Assembly: GCF_009914755.1 (NCBI RefSeq)
Contig: NC_060934.1
DNA from: the human T2T-CHM13v2.0 reference genome, Homo sapiens
Length of the DNA stretch: 64,000 nucleotides
Direction: 5' to 3' (one strand)
Position 1 is the first letter of the stretch. Each line of letters begins with the position of its first letter. Positions 62,750 through 64,000 of the stretch are shown piece by piece. A program made the translations under genes and the position numbers. Under the pieces are notes generated by a model, which was not told the DNA's origin, made no database searches, and saw only the letters and a program-made list of their open reading frames with translations.

Positions 62750-62910
62750 TCTAGCTGTGGTTGTCAAAGTGTGTTCCCCAGACCACAGCTTTAGTATCAT
62801 GTGGGAACTTACTAAAAGTTCTTTACCCATACCTCCTAAACTGGGGATTCTCGAGGTAGGGTCTAGCCTTCCAGGTGATTCTAATGCACATTCAGTTTTA
62901 AGAACCACTG
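62750..62910. mobile_element. MER5A-like DNA transposon within L2 fragments
   Basis: GTGGTTGTCAAAGTGTG...CCAGGTGATTCTAATGCACA...AGAACCACTG. Confidence 0.75.
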
Positions 62911-63319
62911 GCTTAGTACAATGCCTGGACTGAAAAGGTGCTCCACTTACAATGTGTCTATTGACCTGAACTAAACAAACTCTTACTTCCTCCAGAGGAG
63001 TTAGGCAAGTCTGATGATATTATCTTGAGCTACCAATAGAGTCCAAGCCAAGGTACTTCAGGGTTCTTCTCAAAATCCTATAAAGAGGTGCTTATCTGTA
63101 CCAGCAGGCACTTCCCATGTTGTCTCTCCCCTAATATCTGACTTTGATCTCCTTTAATAATAACTGCACTCAAGGTTACAAAACTTCAGATTCCCCCTTT
63201 GGCTGTAAGAAGCTAGACAGACCGTCCCTTCCATGTGAGATAATCATCCACAGCGCTTCAATGGCCCTGTGATTTGTGTTTCCCTGGACTCTAGTTTTGT
63301 TGGCCTCACTGCTTAGTCA

Positions 63320-64000
<681 letters not shown>

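Overview
Primate (very likely human) genomic DNA, dense in repeats: about 50 Alu copies or fragments, plus L1, L2, MIR, ERV/MaLR solo LTRs and hAT DNA transposons. I find no credible protein-coding exon; the supplied ORFs are Alu, L1, microsatellite or CpG-island artefacts. The main functional element is a CpG-island promoter at about 6100-8400. It drives a minus-strand gene with a non-coding first exon ending at 6795 and has several other candidate first-exon donors. From memory, that exon (...GCCACCGGGAGGTGTGGAAGAGCCGGGTAG|gtgag) matches the 5' UTR of SVIL (supervillin); this is unverified. Bases 1-6794 would then be intron 1 and about 8400-64000 upstream intergenic DNA. Best second-look items: a perfect Maf/NRF2 palindrome with a nearby perfect ARE, an AP-1 cluster, a promoter CTCF site, a perfect (AAG)22 tract between inverted Alus, a very young Ya-lineage Alu, unusual retrotransposition footprints (orphan insert, poly(A)-only insert, trimeric Alu) and an AT-rich inverted-repeat/VNTR block. 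I see no evidence of a genuinely new biological system. Repeat subfamily calls and boundaries are by eye and approximate.
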